DNA of 64,000 nucleotides from contig JAVJSW010000073.1 in the NCBI GenBank assembly GCA_040219255.1, forward strand, positions 1 to 64,000, in the 5' to 3' direction. This document shows positions 1-8,490 of this stretch, piece by piece. A model generated the notes under the pieces. The model was not told where the DNA came from. It did not search any database and saw only the letters and a program-made list of their open reading frames with translations. The translations under genes were made by a program, and so were the position numbers. The stretch's first letter is position 1. Each line of letters starts with the position of its first letter. This stretch comes from Sumerlaeia bacterium (GTDB lineage Bacteria; Sumerlaeota; Sumerlaeia; SLMS01; JAHLLQ01).

Positions 1-255
1 GATGTCATTTCCGCTGGTGTAGCGTACTCCATTGGCCCACCAAGTGCGTTGGAGGTTGATGTCCGTGGCGAACTCGTCGAGTTCCACAACGCCCCAATGA
101 CCTGTCGTATCCCAAAAATTGATGCGAACCGGCGGGAACTCCCCCGGGAAACCTTTATCGCCCTCTTCACTCGCCCGTGCCACGGGCATGCCCGCTGCGC
201 AGAAGCACAGAGCGGCCGGAAGGCAGCGCCAGAGAGTGAAGGAAGGGGTAGGCAT
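1..255 (-). CDS. Secreted hypothetical protein, 5' part only (runs off the window start)
   Basis: Not in the ORF track. ATG at 255 opens a frame with no stop down to base 1: MPTPSFTLWRCLPAALCFCAAGMPVARASEEGDKGFPGEFPPVRINFW..., with a hydrophobic N-terminus and an ARA cleavage-like site. Confidence 0.5.
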   Translation of the reverse strand, partial: MPTPSFTLWRCLPAALCFCAAGMPVARASEEGDKGFPGEFPPVRINFWDTTGHWGVVELDEFATDINLQRTWWANGVRYTSGNDI

Positions 256-502
256 CGGGATTGCCGCTTTCTCAGTTGTACTGAAGCCCGTGGGCTGCGG
301 AGGCCATGTGACCGTCGGCATGGGTGGCGAAAAATTCCAGGCCTTCGACCTGGTCCATGTTTGGAAGAGTGATCTGCACGGTGACAGAATGAGAGATGGG
401 AACGGGAGAGGGAATGGTCGTGTCATCAGCGATCTTCGTCCGTACTCGCCGCCGTTGCGAGCGCAAACTGATCTTCCTGTCGCACTTGATGTACAGGCGC
501 GC

Positions 503-1504
503 TTAGGTCGTCGCCTGCCCGACCCCAAACTCCTGCAAACTGAACCACCGTCGCTTGTCCATCCACACCGCTTTCCGCACCAGCCCCGCCTTGCCGGCGA
601 TGGCGGCGAAGCGGTCTAGGGTGTATTTGTAGGAGCTTTCGGTCCAGATGGTTTCGCCCTCCGCGAAGGCGATGCGTTCGGCGCCGAGGCGGACGGTTTG
701 GCGGCGTTGGCTGACGAGGTGCATTTCGATGCGGCTGGCTTCGTCGTTGAAGAGGGCGCGGTGGCTCCAACCGCCTTCGAGATCGAAGTCTGCGCCAAGT
801 TCGGCGTTCAGGCGGCGGAGCAGGTTCAGGTTGAAGTCCGCCGTGACGCCCTGGGCGTCGTCGTAGGCGGCTTCCAGGATTGCCGGGTCTTTGCGTAAAT
901 CCACGCCGATCAGTAGTCCGCCTCCCTTGCCGATCAGGCGGGCGATGCGGCCGAGGAACTCCTCGGCCTCCTCGGGGTGGAAGTTCCCGATGGTGGACCC
1001 CGGAAAGAAGACGACCTTGCGCCGGGCGCCGTGGGCGGGGGGGACGTGGAGATCGTTGGTGTAATCGTGGCAGACGGGTTCGACGCACAGGCCGGGGTAA
1101 TCGCGGCGCAGTCGGCCGGCGCTCTTGGCCAGGTGCTCGCCGGAAATGTCGGTCGGCGTGTAGGCCGCCGGGGCGTGACCGGTCTCGATCAAGGCGTCCA
1201 GCAGGATGCGCGTCTTGGTCGAGGAGCCGCTGCCGAATTCGATCAGGTGGGCGGCGGGGCCGATGGCGCGGGCCATTTCGCCGCCGCTGGCGCGCAGGAT
1301 GGCGGCTTCCGTGCGCGTCGGGTAGTACTCCGGCAACTCCGTAATGGCGTCGAAGAGCGCGCTGCCCCGGGCGTCGTAGAAGTACTTGCAGGGCAGGGTT
1401 TTGCGCGGCTGGCTGAGACCATCGAGGGCTTCGGCGAGGAACAGTTCGCGCGCGCATTCGTCCGGGGTGCAGTCGGTGCCGGTGGTGGGATCGAGGGCGG
1501 TCAT
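503..1504 (-). CDS. egtD: L-histidine N-alpha-trimethyltransferase (ergothioneine biosynthesis)
   Basis: Motifs KTLPCKYFYDARGSALF, ITELPEYYPTRTE, EFGSGSSTKT, FPGSTIGNF, AYDDAQGVTADFNLN, RIEMHL, TESSYKY. Directly downstream of egtB. Start set at MTALDP. Confidence 0.93.
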   Translation of the reverse strand: MTALDPTTGTDCTPDECARELFLAEALDGLSQPRKTLPCKYFYDARGSALFDAITELPEYYPTRTEAAILRASGGEMARAIGPAAHLIEFGSGSSTKTRILLDALIETGHAPAAYTPTDISGEHLAKSAGRLRRDYPGLCVEPVCHDYTNDLHVPPAHGARRKVVFFPGSTIGNFHPEEAEEFLGRIARLIGKGGGLLIGVDLRKDPAILEAAYDDAQGVTADFNLNLLRRLNAELGADFDLEGGWSHRALFNDEASRIEMHLVSQRRQTVRLGAERIAFAEGETIWTESSYKYTLDRFAAIAGKAGLVRKAVWMDKRRWFSLQEFGVGQATT

Positions 1505-1524
1505 GTTGGGGTGTGGGCTCCTTG

Positions 1525-2838
1525 TCAGGCGTCTTTCGCCAGGCGCAGCCCCGTGAACTGCCACCGGGCTTCCGGTTGGAAAAAGTTGCGATAGGTGCGG
1601 CGGATATGGCTGCGGCTGGTGGCACAGGACCCGCCGCGCAGGACGAATTGGTTGCACATGAATTTGCCGTTGTATTCACCGAGGGCTCCGGGGGCGGCTT
1701 TGTATCCGGGATAGGGCGAGTACTGGCTCATGGTCCATTCCCAGACGTTGCCGAACGCCTGTCTCAATCCTGGGCCGCCGGGCGCGGCGGCGGGCTCGAA
1801 AGCGAGATTGTCGACGAAATTCCCCACGGCGGGGTCGAGGCCTTCGGTGGCGGCCTCCCATTCGAATTCCGTGGGCAGGCGGCACCCGCTCCAGCGCGCG
1901 AAGGCATCGGCCTCGAAATAACTGACGTGGCAGACGGTCCTGGCGGGGTCGATGGGGCGCAGTCCATTCATCGTCATGGCCATCCACTGGCCGTCGATTT
2001 TCTCCCAGTAATAGGGCGCGTCCCAGCCTGTCTCCTTGATCGTGGCCCACCCGGCGGAGAGCCACAGCAGCGGATCGCGATAGCCACCGCCGGCCATGAA
2101 TTCCATCCACTCGCCGTTGGTGACACAGCGGTTGGCCAACTCGAAATCGCGCAGCAGGGCGTCGTGGCGGGGGCTTTCGTTGTCGTAGGCGAAGCCGCCG
2201 CCCGCGTGGCCGATTTGGCGGATGCCGCCCTCGAAACCGAGCCATCGCAGCGGGATGGCCTCGGCGGCCGGGCGTTCGGGCGCGGCCTTGTAAACGGGGC
2301 GCATGGGGTTCGCGGTGAAGACGTTTTTGATATCGGTCAGGAGGAGTTCCTGGTGCTGCTGCTCGTGATGGATGCCGAGGGTCACGATGGGCGCGAGCTG
2401 GGCGAAATCGGCATCGCTGGCGCCGAGAATCAGGCGCTCCATGGCCCGGTCCACATGGTGGCGATAGGCGAAGCACTGGGCCACCGTGGGGCGCGACAGG
2501 GTGCCCCGGCGCGGCCGGCAGTGCATCGGCCCGGCGGCGTTGTAGTAGCTATTGAACATGTAGGCGTAAAGCGGGTCGATCTCCCGATACCCGCGCAGAT
2601 TGGGCTTTAGCAGAAAGGTCTCGAAAAACCAAGAGACGTGGGCGATGTGCCACTTTGCCGGCGAGACGTCGGGCATGGTCTGGACGATGTAGTCCTCGGT
2701 TTCGAGGGGCTCGCAGAGGGTTTCGGTAAAGGCGCGGACGCGGCGATAGTGTTCGAGAAGGGCTTCGCGCGCGGGGGCTTGCGGTGGGGCCGCCGCGGGC
2801 GCGGCGGGGTGGAGCAAATCGTTGGGAATGTGCGGCAT
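1525..2838 (-). CDS. egtB: Ergothioneine sulfoxide synthase EgtB (type II-like)
   Basis: DinB-like N-domain SPAKWHIAH and HHEQQHQE iron ligands, FNSYY and RPRRG, FGE-sulfatase C-domain RLPTEFEWE, GNVWEW, YNGKFM, VLRGGS, YRNFF. GGGAG RBS before MPHIP. Confidence 0.95.
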   Translation of the reverse strand: MPHIPNDLLHPAAPAAAPPQAPAREALLEHYRRVRAFTETLCEPLETEDYIVQTMPDVSPAKWHIAHVSWFFETFLLKPNLRGYREIDPLYAYMFNSYYNAAGPMHCRPRRGTLSRPTVAQCFAYRHHVDRAMERLILGASDADFAQLAPIVTLGIHHEQQHQELLLTDIKNVFTANPMRPVYKAAPERPAAEAIPLRWLGFEGGIRQIGHAGGGFAYDNESPRHDALLRDFELANRCVTNGEWMEFMAGGGYRDPLLWLSAGWATIKETGWDAPYYWEKIDGQWMAMTMNGLRPIDPARTVCHVSYFEADAFARWSGCRLPTEFEWEAATEGLDPAVGNFVDNLAFEPAAAPGGPGLRQAFGNVWEWTMSQYSPYPGYKAAPGALGEYNGKFMCNQFVLRGGSCATSRSHIRRTYRNFFQPEARWQFTGLRLAKDA

Positions 2839-2992
2839 CGGGGCTCCCTTTGCGAACGGAAGTGCGGCGCCGCGCATTGATGCGGAGCGGTCGCCGAAAT
2901 CTGAGCATCCGTAGCCATGGGAGCGAATTTCAGACCGCCGGACCTTCGTTCGCGAAATTCAAATGCGCCGGCGGGGAGTTTTCACCGGCGGC

Positions 2993-4930
2993 TCAGGGGG
3001 TTGGGAGAAGCATGGAGCGGCTCTCCTGGGGGCGGGTGCGCATGGTGGGGCTTTTGGCCTCGGCGGCGGCGCGGTGCTGGGCGGCGAGGGCGGTGTCGCC
3101 GAGTTCTTCGTGGGCGATGGATGCCAGCAAATGGGCGCGGGCGCTCTCGGCGGATTGGCGGAGGGCGCGTTGGACCTCGGCGACGGCGTCGTCGCGCTGG
3201 GATCGATTGGCTATCGCCTGGCGAAGTTGGCTTGTGTTGAAGGGCGTCACATAGCGGAAGCCGAATTGTCTCAGGTATTCACGCGCTTCTTCGTCGCCCG
3301 CTTCGGTGCGGACGAAGACGGCGTAGCGATCATCGAAATACACCAGCCCCCAAGCCGGGCTGCGGGCCAGACGGATCGCCGGGTGGGTGTCGCCGCGCTG
3401 GGCGAGATCGCCCTGATAGACGATGGCCGTCTGGAAACCATAGCGGCGGGTGGCTTCGATGAAAGACATCGTGCCTTCTTCGATGGCGTTGTAGTCGGCC
3501 CAGGTCTCGGGATCGTAGATGTCGAGGCGGCCGTCGATGAAGACCTGGGCGCGGGGGCCGAGGTGATAGAGCAGGTAGCCGCCGGGGCCGTAGCTGTTGA
3601 AGAGCGTGGGCGGGGGAGGGTTTTCCCGGAGGAAGGCGGTGGCGTGGACGGGCAGCAGGTTGTCCTCGATGCCGGTGCGGAAGAACCCGCCCGGGAAGCC
3701 GAGGCGGCCAGCGTTCTGCAAGGCGATAAGGCCCGCGAAACCAAGGACCGGCAGTGCGGCCCAAGCCAGCGGAGGGAGGCCAACCGGCGCGGGGGCGGGC
3801 GAGTCTGCGTCGTCCGCCCGGGAGCCCGAGGGAATCGCCAGCAAGGCCACAATCCCTAGCGAGGCCAGACCGGCGTGGCGGCGCTGCTGGAACTCGAGAT
3901 AAGCCAGGAAAAACGCGGCCGCGATGCGCCACCACGCGGGGAAGCGCCCCGGCGAAACCAGCCACGCCGCAGCCCCCGCCAGCCCCAGCGTCGCCATCGC
4001 TGCGCCGGCGATGGCTCCCGGCATGGGATGGATGCGATCCACCAGCGGGCGCCATTCGAGGATGAACCGCGAGACGTCTTCGATGGCGGCGATCTTGCCG
4101 CCCAAGGCCGCCAGCCGCCAGCCATAGGGATTCAGCATCCAGGCCACTGCGCACAGGCCGCAGGCGATCAACGCGGGCAGATGGGGCTTCCAGCCGTTGC
4201 GGTCCATCGCCGCGCGAACGAGACGCCACACGCCATAAACGCCCGCGACGGCGACGCCCAGCAGGACGCCCGCGTGCAGGTTCGCCCACAGCAGGATGAT
4301 GGCGGGGGCGGCCCAGAGGAGCCTAGGCCGGACCAGTGTCTCGGCGCGGCAGAAAACCCAGACCAGCGCCGCGAGACACGGAAAGCCGAAGACTTCGGGC
4401 CGGGGCGTGAAACGCATGGAGGCCGCCATGGCGGCCACGATGAGGGCGAGAGAAGCGGCGGCGGCTCCGGCAAGGGGAACGCGGCGAACCGCCACGGCGA
4501 AGTAAACCCCGAGGAACGCCGCGGCCATGAGGAGAAAAACGGTGAAGCTAAGTCCTGTCGCGCCAGCCATTTGCCAGACGCCATGGAGTAAAACCGAGGA
4601 GCCCCAGCCGCTGCTGATCCACTCGTTGCCGGCGGCAGTGTGGCTGAAAATGTCGGCTTTGGGAAAGGAGCCGGTCTCCAGTACCGTTCGTCCATAAGCC
4701 ATGTGAAACCAAAGGTCGGGGTCGGCGATGGGGCGGAACGACAGCACCGCCACGGCGGCGAGGAGCAGCAGGGGAAAAAGGCCGTAGCGGAGGGCTCCGT
4801 CGAGGGGGCTGCGGGAGGGGGCGGAGGAGGGCTGCCGCGGCGGCTCGGCGCCTTCACCCACAGCCAGCGGCTGAGCGTCGGCGGGTCGGGAACGTCGGCG
4901 GTTGCGGCGGTTGGACTTTGCGGAGGCCAT
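2993..4930 (-). CDS. Polytopic membrane protein, GT-C glycosyltransferase-like, with a C-terminal TPR-like helical tail
   Basis: About 10-11 hydrophobic segments, first-loop motif DPDLWFHMAYGR, WANLH, and late VFIDGRLDIY. The function is inferred. Confidence 0.6.
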   Translation of the reverse strand: MASAKSNRRNRRRSRPADAQPLAVGEGAEPPRQPSSAPSRSPLDGALRYGLFPLLLLAAVAVLSFRPIADPDLWFHMAYGRTVLETGSFPKADIFSHTAAGNEWISSGWGSSVLLHGVWQMAGATGLSFTVFLLMAAAFLGVYFAVAVRRVPLAGAAAASLALIVAAMAASMRFTPRPEVFGFPCLAALVWVFCRAETLVRPRLLWAAPAIILLWANLHAGVLLGVAVAGVYGVWRLVRAAMDRNGWKPHLPALIACGLCAVAWMLNPYGWRLAALGGKIAAIEDVSRFILEWRPLVDRIHPMPGAIAGAAMATLGLAGAAAWLVSPGRFPAWWRIAAAFFLAYLEFQQRRHAGLASLGIVALLAIPSGSRADDADSPAPAPVGLPPLAWAALPVLGFAGLIALQNAGRLGFPGGFFRTGIEDNLLPVHATAFLRENPPPPTLFNSYGPGGYLLYHLGPRAQVFIDGRLDIYDPETWADYNAIEEGTMSFIEATRRYGFQTAIVYQGDLAQRGDTHPAIRLARSPAWGLVYFDDRYAVFVRTEAGDEEAREYLRQFGFRYVTPFNTSQLRQAIANRSQRDDAVAEVQRALRQSAESARAHLLASIAHEELGDTALAAQHRAAAEAKSPTMRTRPQESRSMLLPTP

Positions 4931-4979
4931 GCCCTATCAGCCAAAGTGCCGCCGGGGTGGGAAAGAGGTTTTTAAGGGG

Positions 4980-5119
4980 AGCACGGGCGTCCCGCCCGTG
5001 ACCCGCCACGATGATCCCACGGTCATCACTGGGATCGATCCGTTGCCCTCTGGAAGGCGAAGACCTGACTGGCTTGTTGGAGTGAAAGCGCAGCTGGCCA
5101 TGGGCGGGACGCCCATGTT
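4980..5119. repeat. REP-like inverted pair of GC-rich palindromes
   Basis: AGCACGGGCGTCCCGCCCGTG (4980-5000) and CATGGGCGGGACGCCCATGTT (5099-5119) are near reverse complements, each self-palindromic, about 98 nt apart in an intergenic gap. Confidence 0.65.
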
Positions 5120-5151
5120 ACACAGAGGGGGCCCGGCTGGGGTACAAAGGC

Positions 5152-6462
5152 TTACGCCACCGCCGCCACCGACTCCTTGAGGATGCGCAGGGCGTCGTCG
5201 AGGTCTTCGTCGGGGATGGTGAGGGGCATCAAGGTGCGGACGACGTTGCCGCTGGCGCGCATGATGAGGAGGCCCTTGTCGCGGGCGGCGGCGAGGATCT
5301 TGCCGCAGCGGTCCGGGTCCGGCGTCATCGTGCCGGGCAGGACGACCTCGAAGGCGCACATGGCACCGAGGCCGCGAACGTCGCCGATGAAGTCGTAGGT
5401 TTTCTCCAACTCGAAGAACAACGCCATCACCTTCTCCCCGATTTTGAGTGCGCGTTCCGGCAGGCGTTCGTCTTTCATGACGTCGAGGACCGCCAGGGCC
5501 GCCGCGCAGGCCAGCGGGTTGCCGCCGTAGGTGCCGCCGATGGCGCCGACATGCAGGCTGTCCATGATCTCGGAGCGGGCCGTGACGGCGCTGATGGGCA
5601 GGCCATCGCCCATGCTCTTGGCCATGGCGACCATGTCCGGTTCGATTTCGTAGCGCTCGATGGCGAAGTTGGCGCCGCAGCGCCCGAAGCCGCTTTGCAC
5701 TTCGTCGGCGATGAAGAGAATGCCGTGCTGGGCGCAGGTCTCGCGCAGGATTTTCATGGCGACGCAGTGGGCTGGGTAGAAGCCGCCTTCGCCTAGAACC
5801 GGCTCGATCATCACACAGGCCACGTTTTCCGGCTCGATGTGATAGGCGAACAGGTTATCCAGCGCGTCCTTGGCCATGCGTTCGACTTCGGCGTCGGTGT
5901 GGCGGCGGTGGCTGGCGAAGAAGGGCTTCACCGGGAGGCGGTAAACCTCTGGCGCGAAGGGGCCCATTCCGGCGCTATAGGGCTTGGTCTTGCCGGTCAG
6001 GGTCATGCCCAGCAGCGTGCGGCCGTGAAAGGCGCGCTCGAACCCGACGACGCCGGTCCGTTTGGTGGCCATGCGGCAGATCTTGACCGCGTTCTCGCCC
6101 GCCTCGGCGCCGCTGTTGAAGAGGGCCGTTTTGCAGGGGCCATCGATCGGAACGAGGTTGTTGAGCTTCTCGGCCAGTGAAATATAGCCGTCGTACATCG
6201 CCACGTGAAAGCAGGTGTGGAGGAACTTATCGGCTTGATCCTTCACGGCTTGCACGACTTTTGGGTGGTTGTGTCCGACGTTCAGGACGCCGATGCCGCC
6301 GCAGAAGTCGTAGTAGCGATTGCCCTCGACGTCCCAGAGCAGATGGCCTTCCGCGCGTTCGCAGGCGATGGGGTGGATCAGCCCGAGGCCATCGGGGGTG
6401 GCGGCGCGGCGCCGGGCCGTCGTCTGGGCGTTGGTGGTCTGCTGTGCCGTCGCGGATGTCAT
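5152..6462 (-). CDS. gabT: Class III PLP aminotransferase, GabT-type; by context probably the acetylornithine aminotransferase
   Basis: HTCFHV, NSGAEA, FHGRT, EPVLGEGGF, DEVQSGFGR, AKS (PLP lysine), GGTYGGNP. Last gene of the argC-argB block. Confidence 0.82.
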   Translation of the reverse strand: MTSATAQQTTNAQTTARRRAATPDGLGLIHPIACERAEGHLLWDVEGNRYYDFCGGIGVLNVGHNHPKVVQAVKDQADKFLHTCFHVAMYDGYISLAEKLNNLVPIDGPCKTALFNSGAEAGENAVKICRMATKRTGVVGFERAFHGRTLLGMTLTGKTKPYSAGMGPFAPEVYRLPVKPFFASHRRHTDAEVERMAKDALDNLFAYHIEPENVACVMIEPVLGEGGFYPAHCVAMKILRETCAQHGILFIADEVQSGFGRCGANFAIERYEIEPDMVAMAKSMGDGLPISAVTARSEIMDSLHVGAIGGTYGGNPLACAAALAVLDVMKDERLPERALKIGEKVMALFFELEKTYDFIGDVRGLGAMCAFEVVLPGTMTPDPDRCGKILAAARDKGLLIMRASGNVVRTLMPLTIPDEDLDDALRILKESVAAVA

Positions 6463-6506
6463 GGCGGAAAACCTTCCTGGAAGCTATAAGTTTGAAGGGT
6501 TCAGTA

Positions 6507-7376
6507 TCAGGGAACGAACATCGTGCCGCAGCCGGTGTTGGTGAACACTTCGAGCAGCAGTTGATGGGGTTCGATGGCGCTGATGATGTGGGCCTGGGGC
6601 ACGCCATGGCCCAGGGCGTTGAGGGCTTCCTGGACCTTGGGGATCATGCCTTCGGTGATGATGCCGTTGTCGATGGCTTCGCGGGTTTCGCGGGCGGTCA
6701 GGGTCGCGATCAGCGAGTTCTCGTCCGCCGGGTCCGTCATGACGCCCAGGGGGCCGGTCATCAAAAGGAGCTTGTCGGCCTTCAGGGTAATGGCGATGTG
6801 CGAGGCGGCGACATCGGCGTTGATGTTGAGGGCCTGCCCGTTCTTGTCCGCGCCGAGGGGGGCGATCACCGGCAGGTAGTCCTGGTCGAGGAGACTGCGG
6901 AGCAAGCCGACATCGACCTGCTGGATATCGCCGACAAAGCCGAAGTCGATTGGGCCGTCGGCGCCATCGACTTTGCGGGGCGGGCGGCGGGTGGCTTGCA
7001 GCAGATCGGCGGACAGGCCTGTCAAGCCGACGGCCTTGACATTATGGCGCCGGAACTGGGAGACGATGTCCGTGTTGACCTGGCCAGCCAGGGCCATCTT
7101 GAGCACTTCGAGCGTTTCGCCGTCGGTGATGCGGCGCCCGCCAACCTTCTTGATTTCCAGGTTCAGGCGCTGGCTCAGGCTGTTGATCTGCGGATTGGCG
7201 CCATGCACCAGCACGAGGCGGATGCCGACGTTGTGGAGGAGGGCGACGTCGCCGACGAGGCGCTCGAGCGCCGTGGTGTTGCGGATCGCTTCGCCGCCGA
7301 TTTTCACGACGAAGACGCGGCCTTTGAACTTCTGGATGTAGGGGAGAGCTTGGCGGAGGGTTGTAATATCTTCCAT
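6507..7376 (-). CDS. argB: Acetylglutamate kinase
   Basis: ALPYIQKFKGRVFVVKIGG, LVHG, GRRITD, NINAD, GMIPK, LLLEVFTNTGCGT. Confidence 0.93.
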   Translation of the reverse strand: MEDITTLRQALPYIQKFKGRVFVVKIGGEAIRNTTALERLVGDVALLHNVGIRLVLVHGANPQINSLSQRLNLEIKKVGGRRITDGETLEVLKMALAGQVNTDIVSQFRRHNVKAVGLTGLSADLLQATRRPPRKVDGADGPIDFGFVGDIQQVDVGLLRSLLDQDYLPVIAPLGADKNGQALNINADVAASHIAITLKADKLLLMTGPLGVMTDPADENSLIATLTARETREAIDNGIITEGMIPKVQEALNALGHGVPQAHIISAIEPHQLLLEVFTNTGCGTMFVP

Positions 7377-7413
7377 TTTCTAACGCACGAGTGGAGTGGA
7401 GAGCTGTTAAGGC

Positions 7414-8490
7414 TCAGGGCCAGGCGCCGACAGCGCCCAGTCCCAGGTCTTCTGGCCAGCCCATTGCCAGGTTGAAGCATTGAATGGCCTGGCCGGACGC
7501 GCCCTTGACCAGATTGTCGATGGCACAGGTCACGTGCAGGCGGCCGTTCTTCACGCGGGCGCGGACTTCCGTGAAGTTCGTTCCCGCGATCGGACCTGGC
7601 TCCGGTTCGCCGCCGTCCAGCACTTGAACGAACGGCGCGTCCGCATAGAAGTCCGCATAGGCGGCGGGGGCGTCAAAGCCTTCCGCCACGGGCGCCGTGG
7701 CCACCACCAGAATCCCGCGCACGATGGGGGCGGAAATGGGGGTGAATTCCAGGAAGTCGGGGGCCTTGCCCGCGTCGGCCAGGAGCTGCAAGACCTCGGG
7801 CGTGTGCTGGTGGTCGAGGACCTTGTAGGGCCGCAGCGTCATGGCGCGGGTGGGGTGGTGGGTCCCGGGTTTGGCTTCCGTGCCCGAGCCCGAGGAGCCG
7901 GTCATGGCCACGATGGAGGCCGGACCGGCGATGGCCCGGGCCGCGGCGGCGGGCAGCAGTGCGAGATTGATGGCGGTGGCGAAACATCCCGCGCAGGCGA
8001 TCAGCTTGGCGCCGCGCAGGGCCTCGCGGTTCAGCTCGGGGCAGCCGTACACCGCCTTGCTCAGCAGGTCCGGGCGCGGATGCGTGTGCTTGTACCATTT
8101 CTCGTAGGTCGCCACGTCGCGCAGGCGGAAGTCGCCGCTCAGGTCCACCACCGGCACGCCTGCGTCCACAAAGGGCGCGAGGGCCTGGGCCGAAGCCGCG
8201 TGGGGCATGGCGCCAAAGACCACGTCGCAGGCGTCGATGATGGCGTCCGGGGCGGGATCGCTGAATTGAAGGTCACTGCGGCCGAGCATGCCGCGATGGA
8301 CCTGGCCGACGGGCACGCCGGCCTTCGAGCGGCTTGTGGCGTAGGCGACTTCGACGCGCGGGTGGGCGCCGAGGAGGCGCAGCAATTCTCCGCCGCCGTA
8401 ACCGGTGGCTCCCAGGATCGCGGCTGTGACTTTGTCGTTCGTGGAGGCGGCGGCGGTGTCCGTTTGTTCGCTTTCCAAACTCGCGGTCAT
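7414..8490 (-). CDS. argC: N-acetyl-gamma-glutamyl-phosphate reductase
   Basis: GATGYGGGELLRLL, VDLSGDFRL, YGCPE, catalytic AGCFAT, HQHTPE, IDNLVKGASGQAIQ. ATG overlaps the upstream stop (ATGA). Confidence 0.92.
   Translation of the reverse strand: MTASLESEQTDTAAASTNDKVTAAILGATGYGGGELLRLLGAHPRVEVAYATSRSKAGVPVGQVHRGMLGRSDLQFSDPAPDAIIDACDVVFGAMPHAASAQALAPFVDAGVPVVDLSGDFRLRDVATYEKWYKHTHPRPDLLSKAVYGCPELNREALRGAKLIACAGCFATAINLALLPAAAARAIAGPASIVAMTGSSGSGTEAKPGTHHPTRAMTLRPYKVLDHQHTPEVLQLLADAGKAPDFLEFTPISAPIVRGILVVATAPVAEGFDAPAAYADFYADAPFVQVLDGGEPEPGPIAGTNFTEVRARVKNGRLHVTCAIDNLVKGASGQAIQCFNLAMGWPEDLGLGAVGAWP

Noticed and set aside
272-502. Open frame continuing in phase right after the egtD stop (track ORF 272-466)
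   Set aside because: No convincing start, RBS or motif, and the TAA stop gives no reason to propose read-through. It may be a gene remnant but I cannot support a call.
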